Shown piece after piece: positions 1-7,984 of a stretch of 64,000 nucleotides of DNA; the first letter of the stretch is position 1, and every line of letters begins with the position of its first letter. The DNA lies in assembly GCA_958296135.2 (NCBI GenBank), contig CATQHZ020000001.1, forward strand, positions 2,272,001 to 2,336,000, read 5' to 3'. A model generated the notes under the pieces. The model was given only the letters and a program-made list of their open reading frames with translations. It was not told the DNA's origin and did no database searches. The position numbers and the translations under genes are program-made. The DNA comes from an uncultured Poribacteria bacterium. Lineage in GTDB: Bacteria > Poribacteria > WGA-4E > WGA-3G.

Positions 1-152
1 AAGGCAGTGGGTTCGCCCCCCGGTAGGAGAGACCTCCGCGTCTCGATGCAATACTTTTCGGAAAGCGCGCACGCCGACTGTAAGGACAGATGTCTCTATC
101 CGCCCGTTTCCATTTATCTTCATGCAAGCGCGGTTAAAAACCGCGGGAAAAC

Positions 153-872
153 CTAATTCTCAGAGAGATCGATTACTTCTGCATCTTTTGGCACGACAAA
201 CTTGAACAGTTCTGGCGCGAGCGGCTTATCGCGCTCAATCTGCGTGAGCGCGACGATGATACTCTGCGAGGTGCCATCAGTAAGTTCCGTAACATAGCCA
301 AATTGCACCGGCAGCCATTCGCCAGCCTTCACCCAGATTTCAATCGTTTCTTTCCCCTTATCGCGCACCTCATCGCGCACTAGGTGCGGCTTGGGGGTTA
401 ACCGAATTTGATAGACACCCTTCGGGTTCGCGACTTCATCGGGGATGAGTGCCATGTCGTAGTTTTTTTTCACATCCCCAAGTGATGCGCCGATACCCGG
501 CACAAGCTCCTGGCGTTCTTGGTCCCACTTCATCTTATTGACTTGATTGAGGAGCGGCGTGTAGGTCCAACCGTATTCACCGTCCAAGATAGTCAGTTGG
601 ACTACCTTCGAGGCATCACGCCGGTCAACATATTCCTTCCGGAACAGGTTCGGTTTCCCGAATACGAGCCGGCCGCGCGCGACGTTTCGCTTATCGGCGA
701 ACAACGTCGTCTCCTCAAAGTTGGCACTGAAATTCTCGGATGTATCGTAAGCCGCTTTGAAGTTCTGAAAGATTTCGTCTACGGTGTAGGCGGCGGAGGT
801 GCCATCCCCCTCACCGGCAACACCCCCGGCTGAGAGGAGCATCAGCAGGATGCCCCAATAAATTCGTCTCAT
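153..872 (-). CDS. lolA: Outer-membrane lipoprotein carrier protein, LolA family
   Basis: Signal peptide MRRIYWGILLMLLSAGG; LolA-like FSANFEE..G.L.F.KPNLFR, DGEYGWTYTP.LNQV and C-terminal LFKFVVPKDAEVID. The ORF-track extension to 959 reads through REP DNA, so the start is set at ATG 872. Confidence 0.8.
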   Translation of the reverse strand: MRRIYWGILLMLLSAGGVAGEGDGTSAAYTVDEIFQNFKAAYDTSENFSANFEETTLFADKRNVARGRLVFGKPNLFRKEYVDRRDASKVVQLTILDGEYGWTYTPLLNQVNKMKWDQERQELVPGIGASLGDVKKNYDMALIPDEVANPKGVYQIRLTPKPHLVRDEVRDKGKETIEIWVKAGEWLPVQFGYVTELTDGTSQSIIVALTQIERDKPLAPELFKFVVPKDAEVIDLSEN

Positions 873-987
873 AAGTTCGCAAACTCCTAACCTACCGGAC
901 GCGGTGACAAATCGCGCATCTACGCGGGCGCGCTTGAGAAGCGAGCCTACCGCGCTCATTCGGTGTCTCTTCTATCAATTACTTAAT

Positions 988-1017
988 AGTATATCATATT
1001 CTATTTTCGGATGTCAA
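988..1017 (-). promoter_or_regulatory. Putative sigma70 promoter for lolA
   Basis: TTGACA-18 bp-TATACT with an extended TG on the minus strand. Confidence 0.55.
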
Positions 1018-1032
1018 CCTATTTCTGTTTTT

Positions 1033-1446
1033 TTATAACGATTCAGTTTTCCCATCGCGCGTGAAAACCCGAATCGCTTCCGCAATCTCCGCTTCTGTGG
1101 CATGCAACCGCGTCCAATCCGTGAGGGCCACCTCTATCTCCTCAGCCGCCTCCAAAGCGCATAACACAAGACGTTCCAAAGTCTCCGCGACCGGTGCCTC
1201 CCGAAATACCGCCTGAAACCAGATACCGAACGTCTTAATCGCTTCCGGCGATTCAGAAAATGCCCAGAAAATGACCCGGGAGAAATCGAGCCCTTCGTCA
1301 ACGCGCTGCTGCGAAATCCATACCGCCTCTGGGAAGCCGTGGAAAAGTGGAAGCAAGTCCGCGATTAACACCGGCACCTCCTGATCGAGATAGGAGATCT
1401 CCGGGAGAATATCAAAATGCACGGCGTATTTGTGCGCGTAAAGCAT
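1033..1446 (-). CDS. Hypothetical protein, 137 aa
   Basis: ATG-started ORF 40 bp downstream of, and co-directional with, the R-M gene; no recognised motif. Confidence 0.55.
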   Translation of the reverse strand: MLYAHKYAVHFDILPEISYLDQEVPVLIADLLPLFHGFPEAVWISQQRVDEGLDFSRVIFWAFSESPEAIKTFGIWFQAVFREAPVAETLERLVLCALEAAEEIEVALTDWTRLHATEAEIAEAIRVFTRDGKTESL

Positions 1447-1485
1447 AGCGATACCTAAAACTTTTGCTCGTCCGTGTAAGTCAAC

Positions 1486-4400
1486 CTACAGATTTAGGGA
1501 CGGCAACCCCTCAACAACTTTCACAGTCTCTAAACTGACGGTAATCACGGAACCGATGAGCTCCACAAGATACCGTGGCCGCTCCGCATCGTTCGGATCG
1601 TTCACAATCTGGCTCCGATCAAAGCACTTGACACGATACTGAGCCACCACCCACTCTAACGCCGAACGGTTCCCCAACCGATACTCCCACGCCTTCGCTG
1701 GAATCCCATCCAATGTGAGCGACGCATTGTATTTCAACTGCGTTTTGTCCTTGGACAACCGCATCCGTTCGACGCGTAAATTGAGCGGCACGCCCGGCTC
1801 GCTGATGAACTTGAGCGGATATTGCGGCTGCGCCTCGTAATTCACGTGAATCTCCGCCAACCGCGCCCCGGCATCCGCAAATGCCCAGAATTCCTCGGCG
1901 TAGGGAATGTGCGGCAAATCGCGCTTCAAGTCCGCTGCGTAACGTTCACGATACTCGGGCTGATGCAGGATGCCGTAGGTATAGTTGAAAATGTCCCACT
2001 TGGTGATGCTCTCGTCGCCGTACTGCGCACGGAAGTTTTGCAAAGCCCAATCGGTAATGTTTTCTCGGCGGTTGGTGCCATCCGCATCGTAAACGTAGAA
2101 GGGAAAACATTGTGAACCGCTTTGCGGCAGGATGTCGCAAATTTTGTTCGTCATGAGCGCGAACATAGGCCAGTCCTGCCCCGTTTTGAGCCAGATGACC
2201 TGGTTTTCTCTCTCTGTATCCGATGTAGGAAAGATAGAGGGAAATCTCCCAACCCGCTCGTTAAGCGTTCTGTCAAAATAGAGCACTGATTTTGTAAACG
2301 GACGATAGAGGGTTGTCCGAATGTTTTCGGGCGCGAATTCAATGGGCATCCCCTTTTTCAGTGCCGATTTCAGTTTGTCGCTCCACTTGATTTTCGTGCT
2401 GTCGGTATTCACGAAATTATCAACATCGACATCCTGAACTGTCCGCCGCTTCCATCTCCCCGCTTCTGCATGGTAGAAGTCTATCATCGCCGTTAGTTTT
2501 TCCGTGAGGGGCCGCAGGTTGAAGTTGTAAACCCATGCATCGCGACTCGTTGTAACACCGAGGCTATAGGTTTTAAAGAGCGTCTCAACCGTCCCGCCTT
2601 TGGCCCGCTTAGTCTCTTTATTCCCCATCGGAATGAATCCTGTCCATTCGGCGTGGAGTCCCTCCGTGAGCCAAGTATGTCGCGCGTCCGGCTGAAGCGT
2701 TTGCCACGGGACATTGCCGACATGCTCGGCTTGCGCGAGAAACTCAAATTTCTTGTTTTTGTTCCACGCGTCGTCGGTGCGGAAGTAAAAAATGCGTCCT
2801 GTCAAGCCCGGGAGAGCTCGCCTACCGGCAGGGTTTTTGACGAAGAGGTTGATGCTCACACCGACCTGAATCCCGAAGACGCTTGCATCAGAGACAAGTT
2901 TACCTCGCCGCGCGTTTCCACCGAGGTCTAGCAGATAGAGCGCGTCAAAGTCTTCGGTAAGATGCTTCCGCATGCCATCAAACGCCTTTGCGTCAAGAAA
3001 ACCGTTGTTCGTCACAAAGGCGACAATGCCCTCATCGCCAATCCGATCTGATGCCCATCGGAGTGCCTTGACATACAGATCGTAGAGTTTACTCTTGGAA
3101 GTCGCTTTGGAGTCCAAGGCATACGTTTCCTGCAGTCGCTTGTCCATCGCCGCGTATTGGCGGTTCTTGTTATTATCGTTTGCGTTCATCTGCCCGACGT
3201 TATAGGGCGGGTTGCCAATGACGACGAACATCGGCGATGCCTTCTGCTTCTCCACCCGCGCCGTGTTTTCCGCTGTTAACAACGACAACTGCCGGGCTTC
3301 CGCCAAGTCAAACGTATCCACGAGAGAGATGCCTTCAAACGGGAGATAGGTGCCGGTGGCACTATAAAACTCGTGCTCAATGTTGAGCGAGGCGATATAG
3401 TAGGGCAAGAGCAGCACCTCGTTGCACCAGAGTTCCGAACGGTATTTCGCCTCCAACTTGAAAGGTTCAATCTCACGCATGAGGCGAACGATGAAATTGC
3501 CCGTGCCGACAAACGGGTCGATGATGTGAACGCCCGCGTCGGAAAGGGAACGCTTGAATTCCGTTTTCAGCAGATGGTTGACGCTCTTCACCATGAAATC
3601 GACAATCGGCTGTGGCGTGTAAACGATGCCGTGCGTATCGGCGACTGCTGCAGAATCGCCCTGAAAAAACTGCTCGTAGACGGTATTCAGGAAGTGCTGT
3701 TTTTGCGAGAAATCGACGAGTGTCGCCGCTTCGCGTTCAATGGCACGGTAGAACCGGTCCAAGTTCTGGAGGAACGCATCGCGGCTAAACGCCTTGGAGG
3801 TGAGCGCGTCAATGACGTTCTCAATGTCGCGGGCGATAATATTCCGGCGCGTGAAGTCCGGATTCGCGAACACCGTACGGAAGGTGCGTTCTGTCAGGAG
3901 ATGTTGGATGAGCATCTCCTCCACCGTGGCTTCGGAGAGGTTCGGGTTAATCGCGTTCTGACAAAGGCGATAGAAGTCGGCGAAAGCGGTGCGGAACCGA
4001 GCGTTAGTGTGGAGCTGTTCCTGAATGAGTTCTGTCGCTTTCTGCTTCAATTCGGGGACGACGGTTTTGAAGTCGGCGACAGCGGCGTGCCACTCGGCGG
4101 CGTTTTCCCGTTCGTAAGCGAAGAACGCCTTCAGCACGGTAATGAGCGTCTCGCGTTCGGTAATATCCGCGTCAAGCACTTCGCGGCCGTGCTGATACAG
4201 AATCGCGCGTTCTGGCGTTTGGAAGAGGATGTTCTCTTGTGGATACCCTTCATCGAATTTCGTTTGGATGTCGGCGCGCAGATTGCCTTTAACCCCTTTT
4301 GCTTCCCACGTGCCGCGCGGGAGGCTGTGTGCGTCCAGCAACACACCATCAAGGCGAATGGGATTTCTGCCGGGGACGCGGCGCGTGTATTCACATACCA

Positions 4401-4557
4401 GCGTCCAATTCTGTCGGCGTGCGCATGCTTCAAGGAGTGCTTGAAAGGCAGCGCGCACGGCGGTTTCGTGGGTGACACCGTGTTGTCGATACCTATCCAA
4501 CGCGGCGTAGTATTCCGTTATCGCTTTATGGTTCGGTTTGAGGTTAAGTGTTGGCAT
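1486..4557 (-). CDS. Restriction-modification fusion: N-terminal PD-(D/E)XK-like domain, N6-adenine methyltransferase and Type ISP-like C-terminal specificity domain (no helicase)
   Basis: GIVYTP, motif I IIDPFVGTGNF, motif IV IGNPPY, TRD motifs SLGVTTSRDAWVYNF, YRPF, FNYTYGILH..YRERY..DLK..LPHIP; N-terminal RLDG..GTWEAK. Start at MPTLNLKP. Confidence 0.85.
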   Translation of the reverse strand: MPTLNLKPNHKAITEYYAALDRYRQHGVTHETAVRAAFQALLEACARRQNWTLVCEYTRRVPGRNPIRLDGVLLDAHSLPRGTWEAKGVKGNLRADIQTKFDEGYPQENILFQTPERAILYQHGREVLDADITERETLITVLKAFFAYERENAAEWHAAVADFKTVVPELKQKATELIQEQLHTNARFRTAFADFYRLCQNAINPNLSEATVEEMLIQHLLTERTFRTVFANPDFTRRNIIARDIENVIDALTSKAFSRDAFLQNLDRFYRAIEREAATLVDFSQKQHFLNTVYEQFFQGDSAAVADTHGIVYTPQPIVDFMVKSVNHLLKTEFKRSLSDAGVHIIDPFVGTGNFIVRLMREIEPFKLEAKYRSELWCNEVLLLPYYIASLNIEHEFYSATGTYLPFEGISLVDTFDLAEARQLSLLTAENTARVEKQKASPMFVVIGNPPYNVGQMNANDNNKNRQYAAMDKRLQETYALDSKATSKSKLYDLYVKALRWASDRIGDEGIVAFVTNNGFLDAKAFDGMRKHLTEDFDALYLLDLGGNARRGKLVSDASVFGIQVGVSINLFVKNPAGRRALPGLTGRIFYFRTDDAWNKNKKFEFLAQAEHVGNVPWQTLQPDARHTWLTEGLHAEWTGFIPMGNKETKRAKGGTVETLFKTYSLGVTTSRDAWVYNFNLRPLTEKLTAMIDFYHAEAGRWKRRTVQDVDVDNFVNTDSTKIKWSDKLKSALKKGMPIEFAPENIRTTLYRPFTKSVLYFDRTLNERVGRFPSIFPTSDTERENQVIWLKTGQDWPMFALMTNKICDILPQSGSQCFPFYVYDADGTNRRENITDWALQNFRAQYGDESITKWDIFNYTYGILHQPEYRERYAADLKRDLPHIPYAEEFWAFADAGARLAEIHVNYEAQPQYPLKFISEPGVPLNLRVERMRLSKDKTQLKYNASLTLDGIPAKAWEYRLGNRSALEWVVAQYRVKCFDRSQIVNDPNDAERPRYLVELIGSVITVSLETVKVVEGLPSLNL

Positions 4558-4564
4558 ATTTTTC

Positions 4565-5338
4565 CTATCCATCGTTCGGGAGTTGTAGCGTGGCGCGGAC
4601 CTCGCGGCGCACTTCGCTGCAGAGGCGCAGTGCATCCTCAACTTTCTCCGCCGTTGTGAGATAACCGGGATAGCGCGCATCCACTGCATACGGGGCAAAC
4701 GCCGAAAAGGCGATTTGCCACGTACCCCACTCGGGTTGCGATGGCACAATCAGAGCCAACAATGCGTTCAAATCATGCGTCCGAGGCATGGGGATGTTCG
4801 CCTCCTGCAGCCACGCCTTCAGGTATTTTTCGATACACTGCTGCGCGTCAAAACAAATACGATTGTATAAGTCTGGATCCAATTCCCGCCGCGCCAATTG
4901 CAGCATCTTCCAATCTGCTTCCGCGGTCTGCACCCATTCCAATGTCAATGGGTTCATAACCCCCGTCTCCTCCCACACAGGCATCAAGGTTTTCTCGGCG
5001 AGCTCCAACGAAGGCCAGACTGCCTCCGTATCGTAAAGCACATCGCCTTTCTCGAGCACCTCGCGCAGAAACCAATCGTTGTGCAAAACGCGATACGCTA
5101 TGTCCGCCCATGAGCGAACGTGCAAATCGAGGCGGAAGCGACGCGGGATGCGCTCGCTTATCTCAGCCCGATGCCGAGCCGCCTCCGACTTCAGACATGC
5201 CATCACAACAAGCAAATCTACATCCGACGCTTCTGTCGGCATGCCATACGCGTAGGAGCCGAAGAGGATAACTCGGAGCGGCGAACATTCGCGCACGATG
5301 TCATCACAGATAGCTTGAATCTCTTTCGCGGAAATCAT
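4565..5338 (-). CDS. MNT (minimal nucleotidyltransferase)-HEPN fusion, copy 1
   Basis: ILFGSYAYG..SDVDLLVV (MNT) followed by AQQCIEKYLKA..PRTHDL..RYP (HEPN). Confidence 0.85.
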   Translation of the reverse strand: MISAKEIQAICDDIVRECSPLRVILFGSYAYGMPTEASDVDLLVVMACLKSEAARHRAEISERIPRRFRLDLHVRSWADIAYRVLHNDWFLREVLEKGDVLYDTEAVWPSLELAEKTLMPVWEETGVMNPLTLEWVQTAEADWKMLQLARRELDPDLYNRICFDAQQCIEKYLKAWLQEANIPMPRTHDLNALLALIVPSQPEWGTWQIAFSAFAPYAVDARYPGYLTTAEKVEDALRLCSEVRREVRATLQLPNDG

Positions 5339-5384
5339 TTTTTTCTTCCTATTCGGTTTGAGGGTGAGTGCCGGTATCTTTTTT

Positions 5385-6155
5385 CTATGCCTCGTTCGGG
5401 AGTTGCAACTCGGCGCGAATTGCTTGGCGCACTTCGCTGCAAAGGCGCACTGCATGTTCGGCATCCGCCGCCGTCGCAAAATATCCCTCATAACGCCCAT
5501 CTACGGCATGTTTCTCGAACATCGAAAAGCCCGTTTGCCACGCACCCCACTCAGGGCACGTCGGCACAATCAGAGCCAACAATGCGTTCAAATCATGCGT
5601 CCGAGGCACAGGAAGGTTCGCTTCTTGCAGCCACGCCTTCAGGTATTTTTCGATACACTGCTGCGCGTGGAAACAAATCGGATCACGGAGTGGCCTGGGA
5701 TTTTGTTGCGCCAATGTCAGCATCGTCCAATCATCCTCAGCCTTATGCACTCTCTCTAGCGTCAATGGGTTCATAGAACCTGTCTCCTTCCATATCGGGA
5801 CTAAGGCAGCCCCGGAGCGTTCCAACTTGGGAAACTCCCGCTCCGTATCGTAAAGCACATCGCCTTTTTCGAGCACCTCGCGCAGAAACCAATCGTTGTG
5901 CAAAACGCGATACGCTATGTCCGCCCGCGAGCGAACATGCAAATCGAGGCGGAAGCGACGCGGGATGCGCTCGCTTATCTCAGCCCGATGCCGAGCTGCC
6001 TCCGACTTCATCTCTGCCATCACAACAAGCAGATCGACATCCGACGCTTCTGTCGGCGTGCCATACGCGTAGGAACCGAAGAGGATAACTTGGAGCGGCG
6101 AACATTCGCGCACGATGTCATCACAGATAGCTTGAATCTCTTTCGCGGAAATCAT
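5385..6155 (-). CDS. MNT-HEPN fusion, copy 2
   Basis: Same motifs; tandem paralog. Confidence 0.85.
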   Translation of the reverse strand: MISAKEIQAICDDIVRECSPLQVILFGSYAYGTPTEASDVDLLVVMAEMKSEAARHRAEISERIPRRFRLDLHVRSRADIAYRVLHNDWFLREVLEKGDVLYDTEREFPKLERSGAALVPIWKETGSMNPLTLERVHKAEDDWTMLTLAQQNPRPLRDPICFHAQQCIEKYLKAWLQEANLPVPRTHDLNALLALIVPTCPEWGAWQTGFSMFEKHAVDGRYEGYFATAADAEHAVRLCSEVRQAIRAELQLPNEA

Positions 6156-6200
6156 TTTTTTCTTCCTATTCGGTTTGAGGGTGAGTGCCGGTATCTTTTT

Positions 6201-6974
6201 TTATCCCTCGTTCGGGAGTTGCAACTCGGCGCGAATTGCTTGGCGCACTTCGCCGCAAAGGCGCACTGCATGTTCGGCATCCGACTCCGTCGCGAAATAT
6301 CCCTCATAACGCCCATCTACGGCATATTTCTCGAACATCGAAAAGCCCGTTTGCCACGCGCGCCACTCAGGGCACCTCGGCACAATCAGAGCCAACAATG
6401 CGTTCAAATCATGCGTCCGAGGCACAGGAAGGTTCGCTTCTTGCAGCCACGCCTTCAGGTATTTTTCGATACACTGCTGCGCGTGGAAACAAATCGCATC
6501 GTGTATATCTGGTGCCGAAATCTGCTGCCCTGCCTTCATCATCAAATAATCAACTTCAGCTTTCCGCACTCTCTCCAATGTCAATGGGTTCATAACCCCC
6601 GTCTCCTCCCACACAGGCATCAAGGCTTTCTCGGCGAGTTCCAACGAAGGCCAGACTGCCTCCGTATCGTAAAGCACATCGCCTTTTTCGAGCACCTCGC
6701 GCAGAAACCAATCGTTATGCAAAACGCGATACGCTATGTCCGCCCGCGAGCGAACATGCAAATCGAGGTGGAAGCGACGCGGGATGCGCTCGCTTATCTC
6801 AGCCCGATGCCGAGCCGACTCCGACTTCATATCTGCCATCACAACAAGCAGATCGACATCCGACGCTTCTGTCGGCGTGCCATACGCGTAGGAGCCGAAG
6901 AGGATAACTTGGAGCGGTGAACATTCGCGCACGATGTCATCACAGATAGCTTGAATCTCTTTCGCGGAAATCAT
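6201..6974 (-). CDS. MNT-HEPN fusion, copy 3
   Basis: Same motifs; start MISAKE chosen by homology to copies 1 and 2. Confidence 0.85.
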   Translation of the reverse strand: MISAKEIQAICDDIVRECSPLQVILFGSYAYGTPTEASDVDLLVVMADMKSESARHRAEISERIPRRFHLDLHVRSRADIAYRVLHNDWFLREVLEKGDVLYDTEAVWPSLELAEKALMPVWEETGVMNPLTLERVRKAEVDYLMMKAGQQISAPDIHDAICFHAQQCIEKYLKAWLQEANLPVPRTHDLNALLALIVPRCPEWRAWQTGFSMFEKYAVDGRYEGYFATESDAEHAVRLCGEVRQAIRAELQLPNEG

Positions 6975-7069
6975 GAAGTTATACCTGTTCCCCGAAGTCT
7001 CAACATATCGAGATAAGTCGAGACTTCTAAGTTCCTGCTTCATCACTTACCGCCTCCGAAACGCACCTG

Positions 7070-7447
7070 CCGATTTTGACGTAGGCATGCTTGGTCGGCG
7101 ATCGTGCAGTGCTGTTTGCGAAAGCCAAACAGCACATCTTCGGCGTTCGGTAGTCCCGAACGCCTACACGATCGCCGGCGCGAAAGCCAAGCAGGTTTCC
7201 GAAGATGTCTTATTCTGTAAACAGAATAAGACTGCGTCAAAATCGGAGAAATGCGAATACGACGAGGTCTTACGCGAGCGCCACAGGCGTTTTGCGTCTC
7301 GGTCAAACCAGCCGCGACGTTTTCTTTGTAGTTCTAGATGCTGCAGCGAGACAATCCTTTCTCCGATTTTTGCGCAGTGTCATTTGCGAAAGCCAAATGA
7401 CACATCTTCGGTTGTTTGTTATTACAAACAACCTACGCAAAAATCGG
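7070..7447. ncRNA. Three copies of an unknown three-way-junction structured motif (RNA or ssDNA)
   Basis: Stem-TA-GG..CC-GAAGAT-G..C-TG-stem at 7070-7246 (+), 7096-7177 (-, nested) and 7363-7447 (-); stems differ in sequence but stay paired. Confidence 0.6.
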
Positions 7448-7724
7448 CAGGGAATCGCGGCGGTCTTACAGCCCCTCCACCGTCAGCGGTGCATACGCAC
7501 TGCCAACTATTAATCCGCTTATCACGGGGGGTTAGGTTATTTAAGCATGCCTCTTGACATCGTGCAGTAGGAAACGCTCCTCACGCTCCGTTCGCCATCC
7601 TCTCACCTGAGAGATAAAACTACTTAAATCAGATATGTTACGAATTAACGAGACTTACCGAGAATTCAATCGAAATACTCGGATTTTCGGGCTCTAGCAC
7701 TCTCCTCCTTTGCTGATTTTAAAA

Positions 7725-7754
7725 AGTATAGCATGAAAACGTAATGAATGTCAA
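7725..7754 (-). promoter_or_regulatory. Putative sigma70 promoter toward the structured leader and MNT-HEPN array
   Basis: TTGACA-18 bp-TATACT with extended TG. Confidence 0.55.
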
Positions 7755-7836
7755 ATTTTCCCAAGACTATCTAGTTTCCCAATTCAAATCTGTTTGGCAA
7801 AACAAAAATGTTCCTCTGCGGTTTTGGAAAAACGTG

Positions 7837-7866
7837 TGGACAAAACTATCGCGCGCGTGGTATAGT
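7837..7866 (+). promoter_or_regulatory. Putative promoter for metH
   Basis: TGGACA-18 bp-TATAGT with extended TG. Confidence 0.45.
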
Positions 7867-7984
7867 ATATACATGGATGGGACGAACGCAAATTCCCCAA
7901 ACGCCCGTTCGGTAGGCGCGCTTTGAAAGCGCGCCCACGGGGTTTGTTCGGAGTCAAACCGCAATGGAAAAAAATAGGTGAATT

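Larger units (their letters stand above)
4525..6974. repeat. Tandem triplication, unit about 816-819 bp
   Basis: ATGs at 5338, 6155 and 6974; spacers near 5340-5385 and 6156-6200 are near-identical and resemble 4530-4565. Confidence 0.9.

Noticed and set aside
3373-4659. 428-aa plus-strand ORF (likewise 5898-6920, 27382-28584, 42744-43799, 51099-52010, 60315-61148)
   Set aside because: Shadow or alternate-frame ORFs overlapping well-supported genes in GC-rich DNA, with no recognisable motifs.
7070-7447. Integron attC sites or hammerhead ribozymes
   Set aside because: No RYYYAAC/GTTRRRY boxes, no integrase, and no CUGANGA/GAAA core at the junctions.
6973-7557. ORFs of 194, 87 and 102 aa across the structured region
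   Set aside because: No protein-like motifs; the palindromic structure explains the sequence better.
7867-7984. SAM or cobalamin riboswitch upstream of metH
   Set aside because: No recognisable conserved core; the hairpin at 7912-7934 is a GTAG REP.
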